IMG/VR virus record: IMGVR_UViG_3300011008_000028
Length of the DNA stretch: 64,000 bases
DNA from: a virus
Lineage: Duplodnaviria; Caudoviricetes
Direction: 5' to 3' (one strand)
The notes under the pieces were generated by a model, which did no database searches, was not told where the DNA came from, and saw only the letters and a list, made by a program, of their open reading frames with translations. The position numbers were made by a program, and so were the translations under genes. Positions 18,385 to 28,368 of the stretch are shown here, one piece after another; within the stretch, counting starts at the first letter, position 1; each line of letters starts with the position of its first letter.

Positions 18385-20937
18385 TTAAGTTGTCGGGTTC
18401 GCTTGCTGCTGAGAATTAACTCTCATACCCCATGCTTGCTGAATGTATTTGTATTCAGTGCGGAGCATTCCTGTAATGATCGGAATCATCGGGTTGTAGA
18501 GATCATTAATCGCCTGCTGAGTTGTATTAAGAACATTCTGTGAAGCGGTGTACATAGCCGTATCCTGCTCATGCTTCTTCTGAGCTTCTTCACCCTTTTT
18601 CTTTTCCTCTTCTGTCTGATTATCACTAACAGAAGGTGGCTGTTCAGTTTGCTGATCAGGTTTCAGGGAAACAACCTTATTCTTCAGCGATTGCATAGCC
18701 GCAGTAATATCATCGTTCATCTTCTTACATTCTTCATATGTTGTCATCGAAGCGGAAACATCATTAAGCCATTTCTCTACAAGAGTTTTATCAACGACCT
18801 TCTCTCCTGCAGGAATATCGCCAGCGGAAGGATTTCCGAAAAGAACCCAGTTCTGGAAAGCTTTGGGGTTCCAATCTTTAGATGCCCCATATGTGGATGA
18901 ATACAATCTGTCGTCTATACCTTCATACAGAGTCTTTCTGTATTCTTCAAGTCCACCTTCTTTAGTAGCTTTACCCAGATCACAATTGGTGATTGCTGCA
19001 ATCAATTTGTCAAGATGAGTTCCTTTGTTGTACTTATAATCAAAACACTGGATACTTCCATTGAATGTTGCCGAGGTCAGTGCATCTTTGTTCTTCTGAC
19101 ACCAATTAACGGCAGCTTTGAACTGCTGATTGGTGAAGAACTCATCCCACTTCTTCTTGATCCCCTGAAGAAGAGCAAGAATTTTGTTGATTATATCCTG
19201 GAAGGAGAATGCCTCAGAGTAATACCAATCGTCCGCCATCCCCGGTATTGTCTTGACATATTCATCATACATGTTAAGACGGTCCATCTCACTCATCAGA
19301 GAGATTACATCTGCAGCCTCAACAAAGGATCTGTTCGTATCAGGAATAGCAGACATGGTATTGATATTGCTATCATAATCACTCTTTAGAGTTCCGGGGA
19401 TCTTGATGCTTATCTCTTCTATTGCGGACTTGAAATTAGCACGTCTGAGATCATTGATCTTCATCTCAATGTCTCTGCACTTTGACAGTACAGCAACGCC
19501 TGCCGTCTTATATATCTCACTGAGTATAAATCTCATATCATTCATATACTTTAACGTGAGCGTGTTTTTCTGGTTACCAATATCAATCACAGAGTTGGAT
19601 AAGCGACGGTATATGTCAGTGATCTTGTACGCAAATAGCGTGTATGCATATATCATATCACATGCCAGCTGTTCGTAGCCCGCGACAGTATCATCCCGTT
19701 CTCCCTTGCTGTTTACAGGAGTGATATTCTTAATCACCTCGATGAGTTCAAGTAACGGGGAAGTGCTATTGCCGGTACCAAGATTCTTCGATGTGATGAA
19801 GTCTTTGAGGTTACGGAGAACCTTCTCTGGGGCAGCATCGTTGATATTGTCATCGTAGAATGCACGTATTATTGATTCGCTCATATTGGAATCAAAGATG
19901 AAGTTGTATAACGAATTCAGACTTAGCTTTGCATAGACCTTATTCTCTGCGGCCAACTTTGCGAGCTCGTTATCACTATGCCAAGTATCTCTGATGGCTT
20001 TAAGTGTAGGAATATTACCTACAGTAGTAAATGACATCAGCCACTCCGTTACCTTCTCGAGATAGTCATCGTAGTTGAATGGATCGAATATGATAGAATC
20101 GTCAATGTCCTTCATGTATGTTATTTCAGAAAGAGCCACCGCATCCGCAGCCTCGGTCACACATTCATCTTTAGTTGTAGTTCTGGGATCAACGAAGTCT
20201 CTGGCATATACTGTAATTGCATATGCCCTGCATGCGAAGGCAATCATTGTTGTCTTAACATACTCGATTATCCAGTTGCATGCTGAAGCCCTCATCTGTC
20301 CATTGAAGTACGTATACTCCTTGCTCGTCGGGTTAAGAATCACATCTGTAAGATATTCAACCGACTTCTCGATGGACTTGTATATCTCGATACGGTCGTT
20401 GTTATCAAACATATTCTTATTCTTAATGGACTTGAAGAGAGCTTTCTCCTTGTCATCGGCTTTCTGGATGTTGAATGTCATTACTTCATTCACCATCATG
20501 CCGGCATCTGCTGGTCTATCCTTGAATGCATTTCTGCATGTTATTGCAAAGAAATCGGCATACTTCGAATCCTTGGTAATGTCGGTATTCTTTGCGCCAC
20601 GGACAACCCCGTCTGTAAATTGCAGTACGGATGCATAGTCGTATGCAGCAAATATAAATGGCTTTACTCGATCATATTCAACCGAGTATGCGGTATCCAT
20701 CTTATCAGGGTTGGAATTCTGAATAGCCTTCTGAAGTTCTTTGCCGTAAGATTCCCAAGAACGCACGAACGAGTTCACACTTCCCAGGAACGTTCTTACC
20801 TTATAATCATCAACGGAGCCATTGGCTGCGGATGAACGGAATACATCGATCTTAAACTTGGTACATATTTCCGATATGCCAGTTACAGATGCCCTGAATT
20901 CTTCAGCTTTCATCGGAACGGTAAATTTGTTTATCAT
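18385..20937 (-). CDS. Probable virion (internal head) protein
   Basis: 850 aa; VTEA, FVEA, YSEA motifs resemble prohead-protease cleavage sites; late-promoter-like motif 20974-20985. Confidence 0.55.
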   Translation of the reverse strand: MINKFTVPMKAEEFRASVTGISEICTKFKIDVFRSSAANGSVDDYKVRTFLGSVNSFVRSWESYGKELQKAIQNSNPDKMDTAYSVEYDRVKPFIFAAYDYASVLQFTDGVVRGAKNTDITKDSKYADFFAITCRNAFKDRPADAGMMVNEVMTFNIQKADDKEKALFKSIKNKNMFDNNDRIEIYKSIEKSVEYLTDVILNPTSKEYTYFNGQMRASACNWIIEYVKTTMIAFACRAYAITVYARDFVDPRTTTKDECVTEAADAVALSEITYMKDIDDSIIFDPFNYDDYLEKVTEWLMSFTTVGNIPTLKAIRDTWHSDNELAKLAAENKVYAKLSLNSLYNFIFDSNMSESIIRAFYDDNINDAAPEKVLRNLKDFITSKNLGTGNSTSPLLELIEVIKNITPVNSKGERDDTVAGYEQLACDMIYAYTLFAYKITDIYRRLSNSVIDIGNQKNTLTLKYMNDMRFILSEIYKTAGVAVLSKCRDIEMKINDLRRANFKSAIEEISIKIPGTLKSDYDSNINTMSAIPDTNRSFVEAADVISLMSEMDRLNMYDEYVKTIPGMADDWYYSEAFSFQDIINKILALLQGIKKKWDEFFTNQQFKAAVNWCQKNKDALTSATFNGSIQCFDYKYNKGTHLDKLIAAITNCDLGKATKEGGLEEYRKTLYEGIDDRLYSSTYGASKDWNPKAFQNWVLFGNPSAGDIPAGEKVVDKTLVEKWLNDVSASMTTYEECKKMNDDITAAMQSLKNKVVSLKPDQQTEQPPSVSDNQTEEEKKKGEEAQKKHEQDTAMYTASQNVLNTTQQAINDLYNPMIPIITGMLRTEYKYIQQAWGMRVNSQQQANPTT

Positions 20938-21047
20938 ACAAATACATCTCCTTATAATGAATTTATTATGAGTTACACCTTGGTCAAGTCATATGTTACA
21001 TGAATAATAATCTTCACGCAATCAATATTAAAGGGACGGTGGATCAA

Positions 21048-21800
21048 ATGAAAATATATAGATGTATGTACTGTGCTTATAGCGCAATCCCCAATAAGAA
21101 TAAAAAGGGGATTCACTCTGCTAAATATATGATGGGTAAACATTATGAAACCAAACACAAGTCTATGCTTCCTCCAGATATGGACGGATATAGATTCTTT
21201 TACTGGAGTATTACTGGGAAGCAGAATGGAAGTTGCGTAATGTGTAAGTCACCTACGGATTTCAATTATGTGACCATGAAGTATTCCAGGTTTTGTAATA
21301 GCCCAGCATGCAAGCAGAAATACAAGGAAGAACGAGATCGTCGAATGATAGCCAAGTATGGGAAGGTGTATCTATTAGATGATCCGATCATGCAACAGAA
21401 GATGTTACAGGGACGGAAGATATCCGGAACTTATACTTGGTCGGATGGGGTGACCAAGTTCCCGTATGTGGGATCATATGAGCAGGATTTCCTTAGGCAT
21501 ATGGACAAAGACCTTCACTGGCCAGTTGGCGATTTGATCATGCCTAGTCCTCATACATACACATACAAGTTCAAGAATGAAGATCACTTCTATATTCCTG
21601 ATGCATTTATACCTAGCATGAACTGTGAGATTGAGATGAAATCCACAGTTCGACATGAAAAGCAAAACAATCCCGATTCCCGGGAAAAAGAGAAAATAAA
21701 AGATGAATTAATGAAATCATGTAGTAACATAATAAATTACGTTAAGATCGACGATAAGAACTATTCCGAGTTCGACGCACTTATTCAAAAGGAGGAATAA
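21048..21800 (+). CDS. Zn-finger plus PD-(D/E)xK (TnsA-like) endonuclease
   Basis: CMYC..H...H, CVMC..C...C, then GSYEQDF...YIPDAF...EIEMKS. Confidence 0.65.
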   Translation: MKIYRCMYCAYSAIPNKNKKGIHSAKYMMGKHYETKHKSMLPPDMDGYRFFYWSITGKQNGSCVMCKSPTDFNYVTMKYSRFCNSPACKQKYKEERDRRMIAKYGKVYLLDDPIMQQKMLQGRKISGTYTWSDGVTKFPYVGSYEQDFLRHMDKDLHWPVGDLIMPSPHTYTYKFKNEDHFYIPDAFIPSMNCEIEMKSTVRHEKQNNPDSREKEKIKDELMKSCSNIINYVKIDDKNYSEFDALIQKEE

Positions 21801-21803
21801 GCC

Positions 21804-22010
21804 ATGATACACGACCTAAGTCAGTACTATATCGACTTTTCCAATCGGACTAATCTTACCGACAGTGAGAAAACTTACCTCGAGAATATTCAGAATTCAT
21901 ACAGACCGATTGAAAGAGTCGAGTTCTTAACTGAGTATCTCCTGATGGCGAAGATCACCAATGATGATTTCATAACCATGACTGGTGTTCCATACGAAGC
22001 AAATCAGTGA
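21804..22010 (+). CDS. Hypothetical protein
   Basis: ORF track, AAGGAGG SD, followed by hairpin 22041-22067. Confidence 0.7.
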   Translation: MIHDLSQYYIDFSNRTNLTDSEKTYLENIQNSYRPIERVEFLTEYLLMAKITNDDFITMTGVPYEANQ

Positions 22011-22075
22011 TACTCAATTATGTTACACATAACAGAAACTATGTCAGGGAGCAATGCTCCCTGACATCATATTTT

Positions 22076-22420
22076 TCATTCTGTTTCTGCCGGGTCTTCG
22101 TTCTTATATGCGTCCAGGATGAGCGCCGTAAGAGGCATGATATCTTCGTCTTTGCAGGACATTCTAACGCCCTTCCATTCACCAGCCGTGATATCCGCGT
22201 AGTCCTTGCCGAAGGTGATATCATTTTCACCCAGGGTAATGAACACAGTGTCTTCGACGATATGTCTTACTTCATAGCCGGTATCGGTTTTGAACAGCCT
22301 AACGAACTCCTTTTCATTGTTCTGGAACTCTTTGATATAGTAGATGATGTACTCCAACGGGACGGCGTTCTTCGGAAGCTCTTTGAAAGCATCTCTACCT
22401 ATTTCATCAATAATGCTCAT
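22076..22420 (-). CDS. Hypothetical protein
   Basis: ORF track, AGGAGG SD. Confidence 0.75.
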   Translation of the reverse strand: MSIIDEIGRDAFKELPKNAVPLEYIIYYIKEFQNNEKEFVRLFKTDTGYEVRHIVEDTVFITLGENDITFGKDYADITAGEWKGVRMSCKDEDIMPLTALILDAYKNEDPAETE

Positions 22421-22493
22421 GTTATTTCCTCCTATTAATACAAAAATTAGTCTCCTTGAAGGAGACTAATTTGATGTTCTTTGATATGAATGT

Positions 22494-23027
22494 TTAATCA
22501 GTGTAACGAGACCATGTTGTGATAATCCACACCGAATGGTCTTCTGTTGGTTCAACATCGACATATGACTCATACCACGCAGCTTCTTTCTCCGTCTTGT
22601 ATGTTTTACCGTTGAGTTTGAAGAACTTTCTGATTTCCTTCTCAGAAGTCGGTCTGTTAAACTGGTACTTTCTCTTCATATAGCCATCGCCATAATTAAT
22701 GGGTTTGGAGTTGATGAACTCAGTTGTCACAACAGCCAATGCATTGGGTTCCTCGAGTTCTTCATCGATACCTATCTTAGTCGTAGTCGGGAGAAGGAAC
22801 ATTACATCGATGAGGTCATATGTTGTGTTCTGTGTGGTTATAGTAATTCCGTCCACGGTGTTCAAAACATTGGTAATGGATGAAGTATTCCAGATAGGCT
22901 TTTCCGTAATTGCGTCAACGAATGTGATATGCATGGGATCGGGCTTCATTGCTTTGAAGATCTTACCGTTTAATGCCTGACCATGACCTCCGGACATTGC
23001 CTTCCTAAGTGTATACAAGTGCGCCAT
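22494..23027 (-). CDS. Hypothetical protein
   Basis: ORF track, AGGAGGT SD. Confidence 0.75.
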   Translation of the reverse strand: MAHLYTLRKAMSGGHGQALNGKIFKAMKPDPMHITFVDAITEKPIWNTSSITNVLNTVDGITITTQNTTYDLIDVMFLLPTTTKIGIDEELEEPNALAVVTTEFINSKPINYGDGYMKRKYQFNRPTSEKEIRKFFKLNGKTYKTEKEAAWYESYVDVEPTEDHSVWIITTWSRYTD

Positions 23028-23029
23028 AG

Positions 23030-23239
23030 TTACCTCCTATTCTTGTTCGAGACGTTCAGAGCATATGCCATAAGAACTCCGGCAGTCATCAACATTACTG
23101 CTCCAACGATGAGATGTTGGATGCCTTCATTCTTCAGTTTGTCTGCCTGCTCTTCGAGACTTTCCGGAGTTGCATCCTTCGGAAGTTCGAAGTTTATCCC
23201 CGGGATGTTGTTGATGACCTGCTCGTAATCATTCATCAT
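23030..23239 (-). CDS. Small membrane-anchored hypothetical protein
   Basis: C-terminal hydrophobic helix LIVGAVMLMTAGVLMAYAL; AGGAGG SD. Confidence 0.7.
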   Translation of the reverse strand: MMNDYEQVINNIPGINFELPKDATPESLEEQADKLKNEGIQHLIVGAVMLMTAGVLMAYALNVSNKNRR

Positions 23240-23664
23240 GTTACGTTTCCTCCTGTACATTTGAATTTGGTTTCGATATCATGAATGATATCATTGAATT
23301 CCTCTAATACATCCTTATTCTTTTCGAAGGTCTTCTCGAAAATATCCAGATCGATCTCCGTTGAATCAGAACTACAAGAGGAATACATGGTCGTAAGATT
23401 TGCCCATGTGGAGCCGCCTGATACCTCGACATACATCGTATTATCTACATAGGATATTACAATGATCGTCAAGATATCAGGCTTATTGCTGGTGACTGTG
23501 AAACGACGTCTTTCCTTGCTTACTGTAACATACTTGGAAATACGTTTTGTCATTCCTTCACCGCTGGCATGATTGAATATATGCTTCAGCTGTTCGTAGA
23601 CAGGCATCATATCCATCATGCGTTTAGGTTTGAACTCAGGGAACTTAAACTTTTTAAGCATCAT
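23236..23664 (-). CDS. Hypothetical protein
   Basis: ORF track, GGAGGTG SD, TATATTAT at 23697-23704. Confidence 0.75.
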   Translation of the reverse strand: MMLKKFKFPEFKPKRMMDMMPVYEQLKHIFNHASGEGMTKRISKYVTVSKERRRFTVTSNKPDILTIIVISYVDNTMYVEVSGGSTWANLTTMYSSCSSDSTEIDLDIFEKTFEKNKDVLEEFNDIIHDIETKFKCTGGNVT

Positions 23665-23726
23665 AACACCTCCGATTTGTTATTCCCTTCATATTAATAA
23701 TATATATTTGAAAATGAAAGAAATGC

Positions 23727-23756
23727 ATGAGTCCCAGGGAATTCCCTGGGACTCAT
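23727..23756. terminator. Perfect 30-bp palindrome ending the head operon
   Basis: atgagtcccagggaattccctgggactcat. Confidence 0.75.
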
Positions 23757-23761
23757 TGATA

Positions 23762-24622
23762 TTACGAATTTAACCAATCGGTGAGGATGGACTTCGTCTT
23801 CTGACGTATTCCAGATGATGTGATCGGAGATACATATACGTTATCATTCTCTTTCAGAACAACGGAGTTGCCTGTTGCAGTTACTCCGAGAAGATCATCT
23901 GCCGTAAGATCGAATGCTTCACAGATCATGTCTGCATCTTTTGATCCAGCAACAGCCATCTTGGCAAGTTCCGGAAGGAATATAATTGTGCCAACGAAAT
24001 CTTCCATAGCCTTTACAGATTCCTGAATAGGCTGTGTTATTCTGGCCTGAGCTTCACGATGTGACGGGAACATTACCCAGTCATACGTGATGAGCTTGCG
24101 TACATGTACCACGGGCTTTGCTCCTATGGATCTCAGAGCACCGAGGACACGAGCACTGAAGCACGGTATGATTTTACCATCAACAATCTTGATTGCCATG
24201 TTCATACCATACTTGTTACTGGAGTCAGTCTGAATGGTAGCGATAAGAAGATTGCCTTCAAGACGAGGTGAACGGATGAAGTGAGAAGATCTATTGGCAT
24301 CAGGTGTGGAGATCCTCTGCATTGTAAGTTCTTCACCTTGTTTCTGAGCAGATGGGTGATCCATCTCACCAATCCAGGAGTTGTTCTTCAACCATGTCTG
24401 AATCTGCTCATCTGTCTGGATGCAATTCCATACATTCTCGGCTTCATACATTCTCTTGTTACGATTCAGAACGCCGAACGACTGCAGTATGGCATCAAAT
24501 ATCAGATAGAATCTATTACCCTTATCGAATACCTGATAGCCGAAGTTATTACGGTAGTCATCTGTAAACGATGTCTGTTCATGAATATAACACAGGGTTT
24601 CAAGATATTTAGGATCAATCAT
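23762..24622 (-). CDS. Prohead (head maturation) protease, T4 gp21/phiKZ gp175-like
   Basis: NRNKRMY, IGEMDHP, CFSARVLG, LITYDWVMFPSH..A. Confidence 0.85.
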   Translation of the reverse strand: MIDPKYLETLCYIHEQTSFTDDYRNNFGYQVFDKGNRFYLIFDAILQSFGVLNRNKRMYEAENVWNCIQTDEQIQTWLKNNSWIGEMDHPSAQKQGEELTMQRISTPDANRSSHFIRSPRLEGNLLIATIQTDSSNKYGMNMAIKIVDGKIIPCFSARVLGALRSIGAKPVVHVRKLITYDWVMFPSHREAQARITQPIQESVKAMEDFVGTIIFLPELAKMAVAGSKDADMICEAFDLTADDLLGVTATGNSVVLKENDNVYVSPITSSGIRQKTKSILTDWLNS

Positions 24623-25746
24623 TATGATCCACCTTCCTTCTCTTCTGTGATGGGAATATCAAAGAGCTCTTCCGCCGACTTTCCAAACTCGAGAACAAAG
24701 TCATCATCCTTAGTGTTATTTTTGATCTGAGGATTCTCCTTATTGATAGCAGTAGCAACTTCCTTCTCAGTTTCACACAGCTGTGCTCTGAGTTTCTCCG
24801 CCTTCTTTTGGTAAGCTTCAATTGTTGCTTCCTGCTTCTTAATTATGACTTCCTTCTTCTTCTCGTCCATGTTCTTGATGTTCTTCAGTTGGTCTATGTT
24901 CATCTTGATGAACTGACACTGCTGATCAAGAGCGGAGATGGTATCTGCTTTCTTCTTGTACTTCAGATACAGACCGGAACGAATCAGAGGAACTATACCG
25001 AAGAGAGAGTTCTTGACACCCTTTACAGCATGAACTGCCAGAGAACCGATCTTCTTACCGCCGGTGATAGCAACATCGATTGCCTGGAGCATCTCGTCAA
25101 CAGCACCTTCCATCATTACAGATTCCTGATAGTTGGAAGGACCCACATCATCGATGGACTTGAGCATTGTTTCAAGATACTGCTTGTGATCTCTACTGGT
25201 GAGCTGCTTTGCATAGTCTGTAAGCATTCTTGCTATGACACCGTTGGTCTGGGCAGATTTCTTCTTGATCTTGATATCGGTACCATTGGATACAACATCA
25301 ACATTGGTAGCCATGATCATTGACAAACCTGTCACCAGCAAATATGCAGCGGTTTCATACTCGTAAACAACCAGACGGGCTTTCTTAGTATATCCCTCAC
25401 TGTACAGAGCAGTGAACTCTTCAAGCTTCTTGAAGATGTTTCTGCAGTCTGTAAGCATTCCAAGATTAGAAACGTTCTTCGATAGGAAATCAATGGAGAA
25501 CTTGATGTTCTCATAAGAATCAAAGTTCTTGATGTTACCTTTCGTTTCACTGATTCTCGTGTCGGTTCCCTTCTTGGAGAGCTGGTCTATAGACTTCACG
25601 AAGTTACGAAGATAACCATAACCTGTCGAAGTATTCTTATTCACATTCTCAGCCGCTTCTGTATATACAGGGGAGAGAACATTTGTCGTACCGGAAATGA
25701 TTTCCATGTAGTCATGTGTAATATTATATGCACTCATTGTATTCAA
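24622..25746 (-). CDS. Probable virion head protein
   Basis: Adjacent to the protease; YTEA, YQES, MMEG, VLEF motifs; C-terminal coiled coil. Confidence 0.55.
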   Translation of the reverse strand: MNTMSAYNITHDYMEIISGTTNVLSPVYTEAAENVNKNTSTGYGYLRNFVKSIDQLSKKGTDTRISETKGNIKNFDSYENIKFSIDFLSKNVSNLGMLTDCRNIFKKLEEFTALYSEGYTKKARLVVYEYETAAYLLVTGLSMIMATNVDVVSNGTDIKIKKKSAQTNGVIARMLTDYAKQLTSRDHKQYLETMLKSIDDVGPSNYQESVMMEGAVDEMLQAIDVAITGGKKIGSLAVHAVKGVKNSLFGIVPLIRSGLYLKYKKKADTISALDQQCQFIKMNIDQLKNIKNMDEKKKEVIIKKQEATIEAYQKKAEKLRAQLCETEKEVATAINKENPQIKNNTKDDDFVLEFGKSAEELFDIPITEEKEGGS

Positions 25747-25759
25747 TCTCCCTTCTATA

Positions 25760-27532
25760 TTACTTATTCACCAGACGGTTGAGCTCTCTCATTAACTGGC
25801 TATTGTCCGTCTTGGCAACTTCAGCGTCAATTGCCGACAGGGATTGTACATCCCAATCCGTCATGTTGTCGGGGAATATGTATCTCATCGTTCCTGCCGA
25901 GGAATCAACGATCACAACAGCAATGAGGAAGAGAGACTTCGCAAGGCGAACTGCATTACCTACAACGGAAAGATCGATGCCCGTCTCATTGGTGAGACTT
26001 GTAACATCAGGCTGGGTCAGAATAAGTGTTCCATTCGGAATCGGAATATCGCCCTTATTAAGTCCAGATACAGGACCTCTCATGAGTGATCCATGAGTCT
26101 TATCAAACTCACTGAGTCTCTTGAGAGTGTTGACCCATCTCTTGTTATAATTGATGGACTTTCCAGCATCCTTCTTGATCGCCTTGGTGTTGAAGAGGTA
26201 TTCCCAGTATGAAATTTCGCCAGTCTTGTAGCGAACCTTCTGCAGGGACTTAATCTTACCTGTAACAAGCTCTCTCAGATCCTCTGCCAGATCCTGAGTG
26301 CGGATAAGATGCATTATTGTCTTAACGCCGATGAGGTAGTGAACATCCGTATCAAGCTTGCCTTGAGAACGAACTCTGAAATGACATTCAATCATATATG
26401 GTGCAATGGAGTTCATCTTCTTGATTTCAACTTCTCTTAGGAGAGTTGGAACCTCCGGTCCCTTGATCGTTTCAGGTGCTTTGCGCTGAACAACCTTGGT
26501 GGATGTTGAAGACGTAGATATCTTAGTACGAATTCTACCTGCACCATCGATTTCATAACCCTTAACCTTACCACGACTAATCTCAGCCTTGAATGCAGTG
26601 AGAGCCCGATCATAGCGATCTTCGATTTCCTTCTTATCATCCTTCTTATCATCAGGGACATCCTTCAACGACATCTGGAGAAGTTTCTTATCTTCAGAAG
26701 ATATCCTGTCTCTATCACAGATAATATCGATGAGTTCCGCATCTGTAAGAGGCTTAAGCTGTGTCTGAGTTGTTGCAGACGTTTCCTTGTCATGAGATGC
26801 ATTGTAAGCATCCTGCTCTCTCTTTGCAACTTTCTTTGCAACGAAGCCCTTCTTTTCTGCTTCCTGAAGATATGTGAAACCATCGAGAGGTTCACTGGAA
26901 AGACGAGCACATTCCTTGACAAGATATTCCGATGCCGTCTCAGGAACATATCTGAATTCAACGGTCATATCAGGGGTGATCTGATATTCAGCAAACACAG
27001 ACTCTTTCAGAATGGCATCCAGATCATCGATAGGCTGATAGAAGCCACCGTACATTACATCAACACTCTCCTTGAGGTTGGTGTGGAATTGCTTCAGGAA
27101 AAGGAGTTCATTTGCTTCAGATTCATCAATTATCTTCTTCTGAGCAATTGCTGTCTGAACAAAAGAAGCATACACTCTCTCAAACGTTTTGGAGAGTATC
27201 TGAGCAGCGTTTACGGGCATTGACTGAGTTACATAGCAAGGGAATTGGAGAACTGAGTTCTTTGCTCTGGCGATGATACTTCTGGTATCAACCTTACCCT
27301 TGTTGAGCATTCGGTCAAGCTCACTGGCTGTATCTGCAGCAGGTTTGATTCCCTTATTTGCTACAGCAGTCATTACATTTGCGGCACCCTTGGCACCATT
27401 TCCCATTCCAGGCTGGTTATGACGCCAAACATCGCGTATGGCATCAGTATCGACGTCGGCAACGTCTTTAATTGCGCTGGATATGAATCCTCCCTTCTTC
27501 TCGGTGAGGTATTCATTATTCTTATCGATCAT
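25760..27532 (-). CDS. Probable virion head protein
   Basis: Start MIDKN after AAAGGAG; LTEK, LKES (x2), LQEA motifs; late-promoter motif 27579-27590. Confidence 0.55.
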   Translation of the reverse strand: MIDKNNEYLTEKKGGFISSAIKDVADVDTDAIRDVWRHNQPGMGNGAKGAANVMTAVANKGIKPAADTASELDRMLNKGKVDTRSIIARAKNSVLQFPCYVTQSMPVNAAQILSKTFERVYASFVQTAIAQKKIIDESEANELLFLKQFHTNLKESVDVMYGGFYQPIDDLDAILKESVFAEYQITPDMTVEFRYVPETASEYLVKECARLSSEPLDGFTYLQEAEKKGFVAKKVAKREQDAYNASHDKETSATTQTQLKPLTDAELIDIICDRDRISSEDKKLLQMSLKDVPDDKKDDKKEIEDRYDRALTAFKAEISRGKVKGYEIDGAGRIRTKISTSSTSTKVVQRKAPETIKGPEVPTLLREVEIKKMNSIAPYMIECHFRVRSQGKLDTDVHYLIGVKTIMHLIRTQDLAEDLRELVTGKIKSLQKVRYKTGEISYWEYLFNTKAIKKDAGKSINYNKRWVNTLKRLSEFDKTHGSLMRGPVSGLNKGDIPIPNGTLILTQPDVTSLTNETGIDLSVVGNAVRLAKSLFLIAVVIVDSSAGTMRYIFPDNMTDWDVQSLSAIDAEVAKTDNSQLMRELNRLVNK

Positions 27533-27578
27533 GATATATCGCTCCTTTACAAAAGTGAATTTCCTATTGGACATTTGT

Positions 27579-27590
27579 TAAGCTTCTGTT
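27579..27590 (-). promoter_or_regulatory. Late-type promoter motif AACA-N6-TA (representative copy)
   Basis: AACA-gaagct-TA before the head operon; related sites at 11374-11385, 38928-38939, 57909-57920 and 20974-20985. Confidence 0.55.
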
Positions 27591-27640
27591 TTAGGCCCGC
27601 AAATACAAAAGAAAGCGGGTTTTACCGCTTTCTTCTTGGA

Positions 27641-28315
27641 TTAATCATCGACCCAAGCTTCATGGAGAAGCTTGTCTAAATCATCATGTTTCCCAGGTGT
27701 TATACCGAGTTCATCCAGTTTCTTCAGCTTGTCTCGTTTACTCATTATTTTTAATAGATATGCCCTGCCTTCAACCGAAGTCTCATATGCTTTATATTGA
27801 TCTATGGCAGCCGACTTGGCAAACTTGACTGCTTTATTATGGATCTCTTTCCGGTCAATATAGATTGCACCGACTTTGCCCTTTTCAAATAACTGATTTA
27901 GATCGATGCAATCAAGCTTATATGTTTCCTTCACATATTTCACAATGCAATCGATATAAGCGTTCTCTGACTTATCACATATAAGACATACATCGAAATG
28001 TCGTAATACAGGATTTACAATACATTGATATACCGTAGTGGCCATATCTGTGACCATTCCTTTGGGCAGGTTTCTTGTATCCGTCAGACGATCTTTATAC
28101 ATTTTATATAGGACAGCAGGATCGCCAGAGTTTACAAATGCATCAATCATCTCAGGCAATGGATATAACTCACTACCATGGTTGACATTGCTTTGGGTAC
28201 CGGTAGATTTCACCTTTGCAGATACGATTAGATACTGAATAGAGATCAATTCTTTCAATGTAAAATAATCGATCATATATCCAAGATAATTCTGATAATC
28301 AATTCTATATAACAT
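27641..28315 (-). CDS. Hypothetical protein
   Basis: ORF track, GAGGTG SD, flanked by hairpins. Confidence 0.75.
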   Translation of the reverse strand: MLYRIDYQNYLGYMIDYFTLKELISIQYLIVSAKVKSTGTQSNVNHGSELYPLPEMIDAFVNSGDPAVLYKMYKDRLTDTRNLPKGMVTDMATTVYQCIVNPVLRHFDVCLICDKSENAYIDCIVKYVKETYKLDCIDLNQLFEKGKVGAIYIDRKEIHNKAVKFAKSAAIDQYKAYETSVEGRAYLLKIMSKRDKLKKLDELGITPGKHDDLDKLLHEAWVDD

Positions 28316-28368
28316 AGATTCACCTCAGATATTAATGACCGGGAGGATGTCCTCCCGGTCATTGGTTC

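Noticed and set aside
18271-18543. ORF-track 90-aa plus-strand ORF starting inside cassette copy 1
   Set aside because: GTG start in mid-repeat with no SD; it runs through a hairpin and antisense into the 850-aa gene.
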